64,000 nt of DNA. Source: an uncultured Acidobacteriota bacterium (GTDB taxonomy: Bacteria > Acidobacteriota > Thermoanaerobaculia > Gp7-AA8 > CAVUJZ01). The notes under the pieces were generated by a model that worked only from the letters and a program-made list of their open reading frames with translations, was not told where the DNA came from and made no database searches. Shown here in pieces: positions 19,350 to 30,495 of the stretch (the stretch's first letter is position 1; each line of letters opens with the position of its first letter). Position numbers and translations under genes: made by a program. The DNA is taken from contig CAVUJZ010000002.1 in the NCBI GenBank assembly GCA_963741905.1, positions 8,599-72,598 of the forward strand, in the 5' to 3' direction.

Positions 19350-22300
19350 TCACGAGCCGCAGGCGCCGAGCGGGCCGCGACCTGACTGACCCTGATGCAT
19401 CCGGACGAGGATTTCGAGCAGATCGTCCACGTCGTACGGCTTCATCAGGAACTCGGTGGTCCCGGAGCCGAGCAACTCCACGATCGAGGCCCGATCTCCG
19501 TGCCCGGTGGAGAAGATCACCGGAAGATCAGGCCGGGTTTTCCGGATTCTGCGGCAGACCTCCACCCCGTCGATATCCGGCAGGCCGACATCCAGGACCA
19601 CCGCTTGAGGATCGAATTCGGCCAGAGCCACCATGGCAGCCTCACCGTGGTCGACCAGGCAGACGGTGATGCCCTCACTGGAGAGAATTTCCCGCAGCCC
19701 CTCGGCCACCGAAAAGTCGTCCTCCACGATCAGCACCCGTTCCGGAAGTCCGGATCCGGAGACCTGCTCCTCATCGGGCACCCTCTCTAAGGCCGCCTGG
19801 GGAATCGGGAGAAACAGATGAAACGTCGTGCCGCTCCCCTCGATACTCTCCGCGAAAACCTCACCGTGATGCTGATCGATGATCTGATGAGCCACGGCCA
19901 GCCCCAGCCCCGTACCCTTGCGCTTGGTGGTGAAGAGCGGCTCGAAAATGTTCTTCAGCACTTCCGGCGGCATCCCGTTTCCGTTGTCCCGGAATGAAAG
20001 ATGAACTTTGTACTGTGGATTGGCCACCACTCCGTACGAGAAGACCCCCTCCGGGGAACAGCGCTTCGCCTGGACCTCGATCCGGCCCCCTTTGACCATC
20101 GCGTCCCGGGCATTCACCGCGAAGTTGATGATCACCTGATGAAGCTGGTCCGGATCTCCCCAGATGGTCAGGCCCGGCTCCCCATAGATCTCCACGGCGA
20201 TGCTGCCCCCGAGCAGAGAGGGAAGCTCGGCCGCGAACGATTCCAACCACTCGTCGACCGCGATCGATTGCAGATCGGGCTCGGCCGGCCGGGAGAAGCG
20301 GAGAATCTCCTGAGTGATCCGGCTTCCCCGCTGGACCGCACTGGAGATATAGGAAAGAGGCCGCTCGAGTTTCGGATCGCCGGCGGTATAGCGGCTCAGA
20401 AGCTCCGTGAATGGCTGGATTCCCATCAGCACATTGTTGAACTCATGAGCGATGGTCGCGGCCACGCGGCCGAGGCTGTTCAGCCGGTTCGCCTTTTCCA
20501 GTTGCTGCTCGATCAGGCAGCTGCTGGGAGATGTCGCTGAACGTGACCACTCCACCGATCACCTCGCCATCCAGCACGAGAGGCGAACAGGAATACTCCA
20601 CCGGAAAGGAAGTTCCTCGGCCGGTGTGGAACTCTTCGTCACGGACTCTCGAGGGCGTCCCGTTGACCAGCGCCCGGTGGATTGCACACTCCTGCCAGGG
20701 ATAGGGCGATCCGTCCGGACGGCGGGAGTGCACCAGCTCGTGCATCCGGACTCCGGCGAGCTCGTCCGGGGTGTAGCCGAGCATCTCCGCGCCGGCACGG
20801 TTGACCAGGGTGCAACGGCCCTCGAGATCAATCGCACAGAACCCCTCCATGGTGGAGTCGAGCATCAGGCTCAGCTCGGAGGCGAGGCGAAGCCGTTCCG
20901 ATTCGGACTCCCTCCACTCGGTGATGTCGATGATCGTCTTCTGAAGTACCGCCGAGCCAGGCTCGTCGAGCAGGGCGATGTTCTCGAGCACGCGGATTTC
21001 CCGGCCGTCGGCGCGACGGAGCCGCATCTCCATGTTGACTGCCGAACCCTCCCGCCGCAGTTTGCCGATCAACTGGCTCCGGTCGGAGGGATTGACGTAG
21101 AACTCGGCCGCATTGTGGCGCATCAACTCCTCGCGGCTGGAGAATCCGAACATCTGTACGCACGCTTCGTTGCAATCGATCACGCCTCCATCTTCCGAGG
21201 TGAGATAGACCGCCGCGAGATTGCGTTCGAAAAGACTTCGATACCGCGCCTCCGATTCCGCCAGCCGCTCCTCGGCCAGCTTTCTCTGAGAAATGTCGAG
21301 ATGGGAAACGACCGCGCCTCCCGATTCGGACGACAGAGGCTTGACGCTCAGCAGGAACCACCGCTTCTGGTCTGGGGAATGGCACGGATAGGTCATCCAG
21401 AAGGATTCGGTGCGCCCTTCCAGGACCTGTTCGATCCCCTCGAGCGCGCGCCGCGCGTCATCGTCGTCTCGGGCCGCGGTGCGGGTGACCGCGAGGTAGT
21501 CGGCACCCGACCCCACTCGATCCGGATCCTGGCCGTTCGCCTCGGCAAAGCGGATCCACGATTCATTGACCGAGACGATCCGGCCGTTCCGTTCGAGAAC
21601 GGCGACATGCGCTGCAAGCGACGCGAGAACCGCCCGGTTGAACTGGAGGCTTTCGCGAAGCGCCTGGTCCGCCTGCTTTCTCTCGGTGATGTCCTGAATC
21701 GCTGACGAGAGGTAGACGATCCGTCCCTGGCTGTTCCGGACCGGCGAGATCGTGACCTCGGTCCAGACCTCGGTTCCATCCTTCCGAATGTAACGCTTCT
21801 CCAGGGTGTGAGTGCCATCAGCTGCGGCTTCCACTCGCTCCAGCATTTCCAGGCTTGGGGCGACATCTTCCGGGTGGGTGAACTCTTCGAAAGACCGCGC
21901 GATCAACTCTTCCGCCTTGAATCCGAGAAGCTCACAGAATTTCGGGTTGACCCGCAGGATGCGGCCATCCGCGGTGACGTGGACGATGCCGACCACCGAC
22001 TGCTCGAATGCGCTCCGGAATCTCTGCTCACTCTCCCGCAGCGCCTCTTCGGCGAAGCGCTTCTCCCGGCGCACCTGCGCTTCCTTGACCTCCCGTTCAA
22101 TCGCCGGCCCCAGGCGACGCAGATCGCCCTTCATGATGTAGTCGCGCGCACCTCGCCGCATCACCTCCACGGCCAGAGCCTCGCCGATCGTGCCCGACAC
22201 CACGATGAGGGGGAGATCCGGATCGAAATCGCTGACAATCTGAACAGCTTCCTCTGCACTGAAGCCCGGAAGTGAGTAATCGCTGATCACAACATCCCAG

Positions 22301-22443
22301 GTCCGGTTCAACGCCTGACGCAGGTCATCCTCCCGGTCCACGCGATGGGCATCGAGAGTCCACCCCTCGGAGCGGAGATGCATCAGAAGAAGATCCGCGT
22401 CGTCGGCGGAGTCCTCGATCAGCAGAGTGCGAACAGAGGTCAT
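19350..22443 (-). CDS. Hybrid receiver-PAS-histidine kinase-receiver protein, with a frame break near 20517
   Basis: It has an N-terminal receiver (TLLIEDSADDADLL), several PAS domains, H box RVAATIAHEFNNVLMGIQ, HATPase and a C-terminal receiver (VLIVEDDFSVAEGL). ORFs 20443..22443 and 19350..20555 join as ...FSDISQQL/LIEQQLEKANRL.... Confidence 0.85.
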
Positions 22444-22463
22444 GTCAGCTCGTTTCGGGACTG

Positions 22464-22904
22464 CTATTTTCCACCGTGAACGTCGAGGGCCGATCGGTTC
22501 AGCAGCAGCCAGTACATGCCGAGGGTCCGGACCGCCTGAATGAACTCGTTGAAATCCACCGGCTTCCGCACATAGCTGTTCACGCCGAGCTTGTAGCTCT
22601 CGACGATGTCCTGCTCTTCATCGGAGGAGGTCAGGACCACCACCGGAACCAGCCGCGTGCGCTCGCTCTCCCGAATTCTCCTCAGCACCTCCAGACCATC
22701 CACCCTCGGAAGCTTGAGGTCCAGCAGGACCACCGCCGGCAACACTCCCTCCTTCTCTCCGTCGCCGAACAGCAACTCGATGGCTTCGACACCATCGGAA
22801 GCAACCACGACCTGATTGGCAATGTTGTTCTCCCGCAGCGCGATCAGCGTCAGCTCAACATCGTCCGGGTTGTCCTCGACCAGAAGAATCATTCCGTTGC
22901 TCAT
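22464..22904 (-). CDS. Single-domain response regulator (CheY-like receiver)
   Basis: It reads [16 protein letters not shown]...[17 protein letters not shown]...VVVLTSS. The ATG at 22904 overlaps the upstream kinase stop (ATGA). Confidence 0.85.
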   Translation of the reverse strand: MSNGMILLVEDNPDDVELTLIALRENNIANQVVVASDGVEAIELLFGDGEKEGVLPAVVLLDLKLPRVDGLEVLRRIRESERTRLVPVVVLTSSDEEQDIVESYKLGVNSYVRKPVDFNEFIQAVRTLGMYWLLLNRSALDVHGGK

Positions 22905-25012
22905 TGATTCACCATTCCTTTCTGTGGCCCTTCGGTGGAAAGCCATCCCTGCGCAGCACGGTCGGACTCGGTCTGGTCCCCCGGCGACGCCGCGGGAACG
23001 GTGAAGTAGAACGTCGCGCCACGGTCGACTTCGGCTTCGGCCCAGATCCGACCGTTGTGGAGATGGACGATCCGTTGAACCGTAGCCAGACCGATTCCCG
23101 TCCCCTCGAATTCGTCGGTGCGGTGGAGACGCTGAAACGCGCCGAAAAGTTTGTTGGCGTATCTCATGTCGAAGCCCGCCCCGTTGTCCCGGACGAAGTA
23201 CACCATCTCTCCATTCTGCTCCATCGACCCGAATTCGATTTCCGCCTGCTTCCGGGCCCCGGTGAATTTCCAGGCGTTCCCGATCAGATTCTGCACCACC
23301 TGGATCATCCGCCGGTCCGCATGAACGATGAGACCTTCAGCGATCCGGACGTCGACATGTCGCTGCGGCTCGGCATTGCGCAGATCCTCGACCACGGCCC
23401 GGGCCTCGACCGACAGGTTCAGAGGTCGCCGATCGAGGTCGCCGCGCATCACCCGCGAGAGCTTGAGCATGTCATCGATCAGGTGGGCCATCCGCTGCGA
23501 GGCACGGCGAATCCTCCCAAGGTAATCGCGCCCCTGCTCGTCGAGCTGGTTCTCGTACTTTTCGAGGATGACCCGGCTGAATCCATCGATACTCCGAAGC
23601 GGAGTCCGAAGGTCGTGCGAGACGGAGTAGCTGAACGCCTCGAGCTCGCGCACGGTGCGCTCGAGCGCCTCGGTTCTCGCCTGCACCGTCGCCTCGAGGC
23701 TTCGGTTCAGCACGCGCACTTTCTGCTCCGATGCCCGGAGATCCGTCACGTCGTGTGCCGCGGCATACAGGAGCCCCCGCTCTGCGTCGGCGGCCGTCGA
23801 CCAGCGGAGCGTTCGATAGGTGCCGTCATGCGCACGGTAGCGGTCTTCGAAGGCAACCGTCTCCCCCCCGGATCGAAGCTTCTCCGCCTCCGCCAGAGTC
23901 CTCGCCCGATCGTCGGGATGAACCAGATCGAGGAACGGTCGGCCGATCAGATCCCCCACCGGATAGCCCAGAACGCGCTCCCAGGCTGGGTTCAGTTCGA
24001 CGAAACGACCCTCGCTGTCCGCGATGCAGAGCAGATCCAGCGACAGAGTGAAAAAGCTTCGTCGGGCGCGCTCCGCCTCATTTCGGCGCCATTCGACACG
24101 TTCCAGAGTCGAGGTTGCCCAGACCGCGACTCCCATCAACGCCACAATCGTGAAGGCGATCGAGAGCTGCAAGCCGAAGTCACTTCCGTACAGCCCCAGC
24201 CTCTCCCCTGTCATTCTGATCCAGCCGAAAAGCAGAGGGACGAAGAATCCCGCCGGCACCAGGAGCCGGGCGACCGATCCGGCGCTGCTCTCTGAAAACA
24301 GAACCTCGATCCACCCCTCCCCCCGACGACTCAGGTAGAAGCCGGCGGAAAGAAGAAGAAACGCCAGCGCGGTCGGCATGGCCATGTGGGTGAATCGCGG
24401 CGAGGTGCCGCCACCCGGCTCGCCGTAGAAAAATCCCAGCAAACCTACCAGAGCGGCAAATGAAACCAGCATGAACAGAGCGCGGGCAACCGAACGCACC
24501 CAGCGAGTCCGCGACTGGATCAGAGACAGCGCCAGAGCCGCCATCACGATGGCGAAAGCCGTGTTCGGAGCCATCCTTCCGGGGCTGGATGTTCCGAGGC
24601 TGTTGACCGGCTCCGAAAACAGCCATTGATCGAAACCCGGACCCGCGCCCGTGAGGTATTCGCCGAGAGTCACCAGACCGATCGCTCCCGCGACGAACGC
24701 CACCAGATTGCCGAGGTGCCTGACCCGACGATCTTCAGAAACCGTGGTCAGCAACTCGGTCACACCCAGCAGAAACAGGCAGATCGCGGTATTCGTCTTC
24801 ACCGTGATCTGGTTCGCGACCAGGCTCTGGAGTGCTTCGATCCGGAATGTCCACCCCGCCAGCACCACTCCGGCGATGAGCACGACCAGACCGGCGGCAA
24901 TGCGGGAGAGGCGAGTGAGTTCCCGCTCCACGGTCTGCCTTTGCACCACTGGACCTACCACTCGATCACTCCACCAGGCTCCGTGGGAGAAACGGGATCC
25001 GGCTGATCCCAT
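22901..25012 (-). CDS. Membrane sensor histidine kinase (polytopic N-terminus, PAS, HisKA, HATPase)
   Basis: It has multiple TM segments, H box [16 protein letters not shown] and ATPase motifs ([23 protein letters not shown]). The exact start is uncertain because it overlaps the upstream receiver gene. Confidence 0.85.
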   Translation of the reverse strand: MGSAGSRFSHGAWWSDRVVGPVVQRQTVERELTRLSRIAAGLVVLIAGVVLAGWTFRIEALQSLVANQITVKTNTAICLFLLGVTELLTTVSEDRRVRHLGNLVAFVAGAIGLVTLGEYLTGAGPGFDQWLFSEPVNSLGTSSPGRMAPNTAFAIVMAALALSLIQSRTRWVRSVARALFMLVSFAALVGLLGFFYGEPGGGTSPRFTHMAMPTALAFLLLSAGFYLSRRGEGWIEVLFSESSAGSVARLLVPAGFFVPLLFGWIRMTGERLGLYGSDFGLQLSIAFTIVALMGVAVWATSTLERVEWRRNEAERARRSFFTLSLDLLCIADSEGRFVELNPAWERVLGYPVGDLIGRPFLDLVHPDDRARTLAEAEKLRSGGETVAFEDRYRAHDGTYRTLRWSTAADAERGLLYAAAHDVTDLRASEQKVRVLNRSLEATVQARTEALERTVRELEAFSYSVSHDLRTPLRSIDGFSRVILEKYENQLDEQGRDYLGRIRRASQRMAHLIDDMLKLSRVMRGDLDRRPLNLSVEARAVVEDLRNAEPQRHVDVRIAEGLIVHADRRMIQVVQNLIGNAWKFTGARKQAEIEFGSMEQNGEMVYFVRDNGAGFDMRYANKLFGAFQRLHRTDEFEGTGIGLATVQRIVHLHNGRIWAEAEVDRGATFYFTVPAASPGDQTESDRAAQGWLSTEGPQKGMVNQ

Positions 25013-25473
25013 CTCGATCTCCGTCCCAGAGCGGCCTCGGCGATCCGGCGAACACTACCCGGTTTGTGCAGAACCTCGGACGCCCCGAGAATTCTGGCCC
25101 GCGCTTCGATCTCGCTCGAGGCGTAGGCGGTCAGAACGACCAGCCGAGGCTTTCCTTCTCCGGTCTGCATCCCCCCGAGAAGAGCAAACACATCGTCCGG
25201 GCTCGCTCCGCCCATATGAGGATCCGCGATGACCAGAGCGTAATCGCCCGCCAGAGCCGACCTCGTCTCCTCGGAGATCTCGCGGACACACTCCACCTGG
25301 TATCCCTTGAGCTTCAGATACTCGCTCAAGGCAATCACGCTCATGTCGTCGTCGTCGAGGATGAGGATTCGGGACTTTTCCTGTCGCACTGTTCCTTTCG
25401 CTGCTGCTTTTCTCCCGATCCGGGAACGCAGAGACGAATATGCACGAAACGAGAACAGAGAGTAATCAGTCAA
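24955..25473 (-). CDS. Receiver-domain protein without a recognisable output domain
   Basis: It reads RILILDDDDMSVIALSEYLK...ALVIADPHMGG...LVVLTAYAS...LHKP. Confidence 0.65.
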   Translation of the reverse strand: MTDYSLFSFRAYSSLRSRIGRKAAAKGTVRQEKSRILILDDDDMSVIALSEYLKLKGYQVECVREISEETRSALAGDYALVIADPHMGGASPDDVFALLGGMQTGEGKPRLVVLTAYASSEIEARARILGASEVLHKPGSVRRIAEAALGRRSRWDQPDPVSPTEPGGVIEW

Positions 25474-25532
25474 CCGCGCAATCGGATGTAGGAATCATCT
25501 GACAAGCGCCCGGGAACACCGGAGCAGCAGAT

Positions 25533-26166
25533 TCAACGCACCAGACCGTTCCGGATCGCGTATCGGATCAATTCGGCGTTGTTGTTCATCTCCATCTTCT
25601 GGAGGAGCCGGCTTCGATGCGTGCTGACGGTCTTGACGCTGAGGTTGAGCTCCTCGGCGATCCCGGTGACCGTCTGTCCCGCCACGAGCTTCTCGAAGAC
25701 CTGGAACTCCCGGTCCGAGAGCCGCTCGTGAGGTTTGCTCTCGGGACCGGTGATGAAGTCGACGGCGAGCTTTTCCGACAACGTCGGGCTGAGGAATCTT
25801 CCTCCCGAGGCGACTCTGCGGATCGCTTCCACCAGAAGTTCCGGCGCGCTCTCTTTGGTCAGGTAGCCATTCGCTCCGGCGCGCATCACCCGTACCGCGT
25901 ACTGCTCTTCCGGATGCATGCTGAGCACAAGGACCGCCAGTCCGGGAAATTCGCTACGGATCTGATTCGAGAATCTCCAGGCCGCTGCGGTCCGGAAAAG
26001 ACAGATCGAGCACGACGACCGTCCAGCCTCCCTCCCGGACCCGGTCGAGAGTTTCCGCACCGGTCGAGGCTTCGCCGACAACCGCCATGTCGCCCTGATC
26101 GCCGAGGATCTGTTTGAGCCCCTGGCGGACGATGGCGTGGTCATCCGCAATGAGAATTCTGATCAT
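25533..26166 (-). CDS. NarL/FixJ-family response regulator (receiver + LuxR-type HTH), with a frame break near 25975-25990
   Basis: ORF 25954..26166 gives MIRILIADDHAIVRQGLK...VVVLDLSFPDRSGLEIL. ORF 25533..26150 gives ...QIRSEFPGLAVLVLSMH...LSDREFQVFEKLVAGQTVTGIAEELNLSVKTVSTHRSRLLQKM. The two ORFs are offset by 1 nt. Confidence 0.85.
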
Positions 26167-26284
26167 CTGTTGCTTCCGCCTCTTTGCGACACGTGCGATG
26201 AATCCGCTCCGAATCGGTCACTCCGACGATGGCAGATCAGTTGCAGCGTCTCCCGGCCGACATTAGGAACCCGCTGACGCGAAA

Positions 26285-28993
26285 TCACAAGAGCTTACGG
26301 GCTGATGACAGCTCATCGTCGCCCGCGGCAGTCTCCGGAGCGAGTGGCATCTCAACGACCACAATGGTTCCACGGCCGTCGATCCCGGTGATGTGGAGCG
26401 AGCCATCCCACTGCTGTGCCCGTTCGCGCATTCCGAGAATTCCCAGCGATCCGGACTCCTGCACTTCCTCGTCGCGAATTCCACGGCCATCGTCCCGAAT
26501 CTCGACCCAGAACAGATCCGGCCGCCTCCGGAGGCGGACCTCGACCCGGGTCGCCTCCGCGTGCCGGGCTACATTCGTCAGCGCCTCCTGAAGGATTCGG
26601 AACACCGTCGTGGATCGGGGGCCATCCAGTTCCAGGTCCTCGGGCCGGATCGAGAGATCGCACTCCAGCCCCGTCCGCTCCTGCATCTGAGAGAGGAGGT
26701 CCTCGACCGCGGGAACCAGTCCGAAATCATCCAGGACCTTCGGCCGGAGCTGAGCCGAAAACTCTCGAACCTCCTGGATGGTCTCGTCCAGCGTGCGACT
26801 CATCGAGTCCACCTTCTCCTGAAGATCAGCACCCACCCGGCTCCTCAGCCAGCTCGTCTCGAATTTCAACGCGGAAAGGACCTGCCCCAGGCGGTCGTGA
26901 ATCTCCCGGGCGATCATCTTCCGCTCCTGTTCCTGTAGCTCGAGCACCCGGGAAGACAACTCGCGGAGACGCTGACGCGACTGCCGCATCCGCTCGTGAG
27001 CCTGCCGTTCTTCGGTGACCTCCACCAGGGATCCGATGAATCCGGCGAAGGATCCATCCGGATCGATTCGAGGGACCCCGCTGGAGATCACCCAGCGCTC
27101 GGCACCGTCCGACTGAGAGAGCCTGAACTCGATCCGGACAGGGCGGCAGTCGCGGCGGGCGGAACGGTACAGTTCGACCACCCGCTCACGGTCCTGTTCA
27201 TGAACGACTTCCACCCAACCATCGCCCAGGATCCGCTTCCTGGGCAGTCCGGACATCTCGACGAACTGACGATTAGCAAAGATCCCGTTGCCTGCCGTAT
27301 CGGTCATCCAGATCCCGACGGGCGCCGAGTCGGCCACGTTGCGGAAGCGGGCCTCACTCTCCCGCAGTGCATTTTCGACACGCCGCTGCTCGGTCACGTC
27401 CAGACCGAGAGCAACCACTCCGGCAATCTCACCTGCCGCGTCCCGGAGCGGCGTGAGCACGGTCTCGAAATTCCGTCCCGCTCCTTTCGTATCGATCCGG
27501 ATCGTGGATCCTTCCATCGCGCGGATCGCTGCTCTCATCAGTGGCGCGTCCGGCTCCTGCACGTCCTGAAGACGCTTTCCGCGAAGCTCGTTCGGACCCA
27601 GCTCGAACCGCTCCAGTCCCTGCCCGACAGACGACGTGATGACCAGATCCCGATCCACCGACCAGAGAATCGCCGGAAGCTGCTCGGTGAGCATCGAAAG
27701 CCTCGCTTCGCTTTCCAGCAGCCGTTGTTCAGCCTCTTTCCGTTCCACGCCGATGGCAAGGAGATTCGCGACGGCCTCCAGAAATCGGAAGTCGTCGTCG
27801 TGAACCTTTCGGCGATCACGATTGAAGGCAGCCACCAGCCCCCACGGCTGGAATCCCACCCGAACGGGAACGGCGATCCCGCAGCGGAGCTCCGTCGAGG
27901 GAAAGAGAGGGTCCATCCACGGCTCGGCCTGCGGGTCATCCCGATCGAGAACCAGTCGATCCCGACTGCGGATCAGTTCCGTGATCTTTGGGAGATCGAC
28001 CGCGATGAGATTTGCCTCGGCGGCTTCGGATCGACAGGTGCCGTGATCGATCAATCCACCGCGGTTCGAATCCAACTCGTAAACCGCGCAGCGCCCACAC
28101 TGGGTGCCACGGCAGATGCTGGAAGCGGCAACGTCGAACAGCGCGGCGAGCTCCCGCCCTTCGAGCGCCAGCCGGGCGAGCTCGGCGACCAACTCCTGTT
28201 GTTCGAATCTCCGGGTGAGGGTCTGCTCCGCCTCCCTCCGTTCCGAGATGTCGAGGACGAATCCGACGCCCCGTTCGCGATCGCCCACCGACGCACCGCC
28301 GACAATGACCGGCACCCGGGAGCCGTCCTTCCGAACGAACTCCTTCTCGAACTGCGAGGATTCTCCGCTCCGCCGAATCTCCTCGAGCGCCACGAGGTCC
28401 AGTTCGTGGAACTGTTCCGGTGTGATGCCGGGCCAGGTGAGGCTTCCCCGTTCGAGATCGGAACGCTCATAGCCGATAACGCTCAGAAACGCGTCGTTGG
28501 CATCCACGATCTCCCCGGAGGCTTCCCAGAAGAAGATCGGCAGCATGTTGGAATCGTAGACGCGCCCGAAACGCTCTTCCGACTCGCGGCGACGGGCCTC
28601 ATTCTGTTTCTGCTCGGTGATGTCCTGGACCAGGGCCGCGGCACCGATCACCCGACCCTTCTCGTGGCGAAGGGGAAAGGCCCAGATCCGGACCTCGAGG
28701 GTCGAGCCATCCCTGCGCTTCCGCTGTGTCTCGACTCCGGAGAAGGCTCCTTCCAGGGCTCGTCCTCGCAGCGCCGCAAACTCATCCCTCAGCTCGTCCG
28801 GAACGGTGGGATTGATGTGACCGAGCGCTTCCGCCCGGGTCCAGCCGAACATCCTTTCGGCCGCCGGATTCCAGATCGTCACCCGCCCTTCGACGTCCGC
28901 ACCGACGACCGCGAGGGGGGAGTTCTCGATCAGCAGCATGAGGGACTTGCCATCGGCTGCGAACGACGGCGCGCTGAGCTCTCCCTGATCCAT
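26285..28993 (-). CDS. Cytoplasmic PAS/GAF sensor histidine kinase of the NarX/HisKA_3 type
   Basis: It has several PAS domains and a GAF-like region, the HisKA_3-type H box IAREIHDRLGQVLSALK, and HATPase motifs (IRDDGRGI, GSLGILGMRERA). It lies adjacent to the NarL-type regulator. Confidence 0.85.
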   Translation of the reverse strand: MDQGELSAPSFAADGKSLMLLIENSPLAVVGADVEGRVTIWNPAAERMFGWTRAEALGHINPTVPDELRDEFAALRGRALEGAFSGVETQRKRRDGSTLEVRIWAFPLRHEKGRVIGAAALVQDITEQKQNEARRRESEERFGRVYDSNMLPIFFWEASGEIVDANDAFLSVIGYERSDLERGSLTWPGITPEQFHELDLVALEEIRRSGESSQFEKEFVRKDGSRVPVIVGGASVGDRERGVGFVLDISERREAEQTLTRRFEQQELVAELARLALEGRELAALFDVAASSICRGTQCGRCAVYELDSNRGGLIDHGTCRSEAAEANLIAVDLPKITELIRSRDRLVLDRDDPQAEPWMDPLFPSTELRCGIAVPVRVGFQPWGLVAAFNRDRRKVHDDDFRFLEAVANLLAIGVERKEAEQRLLESEARLSMLTEQLPAILWSVDRDLVITSSVGQGLERFELGPNELRGKRLQDVQEPDAPLMRAAIRAMEGSTIRIDTKGAGRNFETVLTPLRDAAGEIAGVVALGLDVTEQRRVENALRESEARFRNVADSAPVGIWMTDTAGNGIFANRQFVEMSGLPRKRILGDGWVEVVHEQDRERVVELYRSARRDCRPVRIEFRLSQSDGAERWVISSGVPRIDPDGSFAGFIGSLVEVTEERQAHERMRQSRQRLRELSSRVLELQEQERKMIAREIHDRLGQVLSALKFETSWLRSRVGADLQEKVDSMSRTLDETIQEVREFSAQLRPKVLDDFGLVPAVEDLLSQMQERTGLECDLSIRPEDLELDGPRSTTVFRILQEALTNVARHAEATRVEVRLRRRPDLFWVEIRDDGRGIRDEEVQESGSLGILGMRERAQQWDGSLHITGIDGRGTIVVVEMPLAPETAAGDDELSSARKLL

Positions 28994-29009
28994 GCGGCAC
29001 CCTCGTCGA

Positions 29010-29711
29010 TCAGTCCGGATTGGTCGCCCAGACGCTCAAATCGGTAATGAATCCGCGGTCGTCCATCTCCAGCATCGAGACCACCGCATGAGCAATCTCC
29101 TGCGGACGCAGCTTTCGCTCGCTCGGGGGTTGTTCCCGCCCTGCGCCCGAAAAGAACTCCGTCAGCACCTCACTCGGATTCACCTGCATCACCCGGATGT
29201 CGTGCTTCCGCAATTCCGCTCTCCAGCACTCGGTCAGTCCGGTCAGCGCAAATTTGCTGGCGACGTACGCGGATCCGCCGGCGAAGCCGCGATGCGCCGC
29301 GGTCGACCCGATGTTGACGATGTTGCCCCCGCCACGCGAGACGAAATGCCGCGCCGACTCCCGCGCCATCATCGCAGCCCCGAGAACATTGGTCGCCAGA
29401 ATCGACTGAAAGTCTTCCATATCGAGATCCTTGAGCGGAGAAAAGCGACCGAACCCGGCGTTGTTGATCAGCACGTCATAATCGCCGAACGCCTCGATCA
29501 CCCCTGCGACCATTCTCTTCGCGTCGGCTTCCACCGACACATCTCCCGGAATGGGATGCGCACCGATGGTCTCCGCGGCCCTCTTCAGTCGCGCTTCGTC
29601 CCGCGCGGAGATCGCCACCTCTGCGCCACGATCCTTCAGCGCTTTCGCAATGCCCAGACCGATGCCCGAGCTCCCGCCGGTCACCAGTGCCTTCGCACCT
29701 TCCAGTTTCAT
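29010..29711 (-). CDS. Short-chain dehydrogenase/reductase (SDR)
   Basis: It reads MKLEGAKALVTGGSSGIGLGIA...NNAG...YVASKFAL, showing the TGxxxGxG, NNAG and YxxxK motifs. The 233-aa protein starts at ATG 29711. The upstream part of ORF 29010..30497 is R/P-rich junk. Confidence 0.85.
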   Translation of the reverse strand: MKLEGAKALVTGGSSGIGLGIAKALKDRGAEVAISARDEARLKRAAETIGAHPIPGDVSVEADAKRMVAGVIEAFGDYDVLINNAGFGRFSPLKDLDMEDFQSILATNVLGAAMMARESARHFVSRGGGNIVNIGSTAAHRGFAGGSAYVASKFALTGLTECWRAELRKHDIRVMQVNPSEVLTEFFSGAGREQPPSERKLRPQEIAHAVVSMLEMDDRGFITDLSVWATNPD

Positions 29712-29752
29712 CCAGACTCCTTTCCGATCGAATCGACAATATACTCTTCGAC

Positions 29753-30364
29753 ATGCGCGAGCGTCCCGTCCTCGAGACCAGTCGGCTGGTCCTGCGACCG
29801 TTTTCGGAGCTCGATGCATCACCCGTGCGCGAGCTGGCTGGCGACCCCGACGTCGCCCGCATGACCCTCTCCATTCCTCACCCCTATCCGGAGGAGATGG
29901 CGCGCCAGTGGATCGCGCTCCACGCCCCCCGATGGGAAGAGGGACGGGAGCTGGTTCTTGCGATCGTGTCCCGGGAACAGGCGAGCGTCGTGGGTGCCGG
30001 GGGCCTCCTGCTCGAGCCAGCGCACCATCACGCGGAGCTGGGCTACTGGATCGGCAGACCTTTCTGGGGCCGGGGCTACGCGACTGAAGCCTCCCGGGCT
30101 CTGCTGGGCTTCGGGTTCGAGTCCCTTGAACTGGTCCGGATTTACGGTCGTCATTTCGCCTGCAACCCGGCTTCCGGCTCGGTGCTCCGCAAGCTCGGGA
30201 TGTCCATCGAGGGCACCTGGCGACGACATCTCCGGCGTGACGAGATCTTCCACGACGTCTGCTGCTACGGGTTGCTGCGGGAAGAGTGGGCGGGGATGGA
30301 CCACCCGCAGCGCTCCGTTTCCTCGGCCGGGTCGGTTCAGCAGGGTCGTGAATCAGCACCGTGA
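29753..30364 (+). CDS. GNAT-family N-acetyltransferase (RimJ/RimL-like)
   Basis: It reads LETSRLVLRPFSELDA...ELGYWIGRPFWGRGYATEA...RIYGRHFACNPASGSVLRKLGM. The last ~20 codons (from 30303) are supplied by a copy of the 77-bp repeat. Confidence 0.8.
   Translation: MRERPVLETSRLVLRPFSELDASPVRELAGDPDVARMTLSIPHPYPEEMARQWIALHAPRWEEGRELVLAIVSREQASVVGAGGLLLEPAHHHAELGYWIGRPFWGRGYATEASRALLGFGFESLELVRIYGRHFACNPASGSVLRKLGMSIEGTWRRHLRRDEIFHDVCCYGLLREEWAGMDHPQRSVSSAGSVQQGRESAP
30303..30347 (+). repeat. Truncated direct copy (first 45 nt) of the 77-bp repeat unit
   Basis: It matches array unit 2 (30573-) with 2 mismatches and overlaps the 3' end of the GNAT ORF. Confidence 0.8.
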
Positions 30365-30436
30365 GGCAACGTGGCCGAACGTTTGACGTTCGGGTCGGCT
30401 TGAACCGTCGCGAACGATCGCCGAGGAGACTCGGAG
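30365..30436 (-). repeat. Inverted, diverged copy of the 77-bp repeat unit
   Basis: The reverse complement, ctccgagtctcctcggcg...ggttcaagccgacccgaacgtcaaacgttcggccacgttgc, aligns to unit ctccgtctcctcggccgggttggttcaccagggtccccacccggacgtacaacgtccggccactcgc. The hairpin is retained as ccgaacgt-ttg-acgttcgg (30375-30393), with changes on both arms. Confidence 0.6.
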
Positions 30437-30495
30437 TGAGCGTCGAATCACTGCCCTCGCTCCGGGACTCAACCACCTGCACGTCTCGCGGCTCC

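Noticed and set aside
10530-26166. Programmed ribosomal frameshifting or transcriptional slippage could explain the many split genes.
   Set aside because: The breaks occur in unrelated gene families, including the essential gap. They lack a common slippery heptamer or stimulatory structure. Several come in compensating pairs a few codons apart, which is the pattern of consensus indel error.
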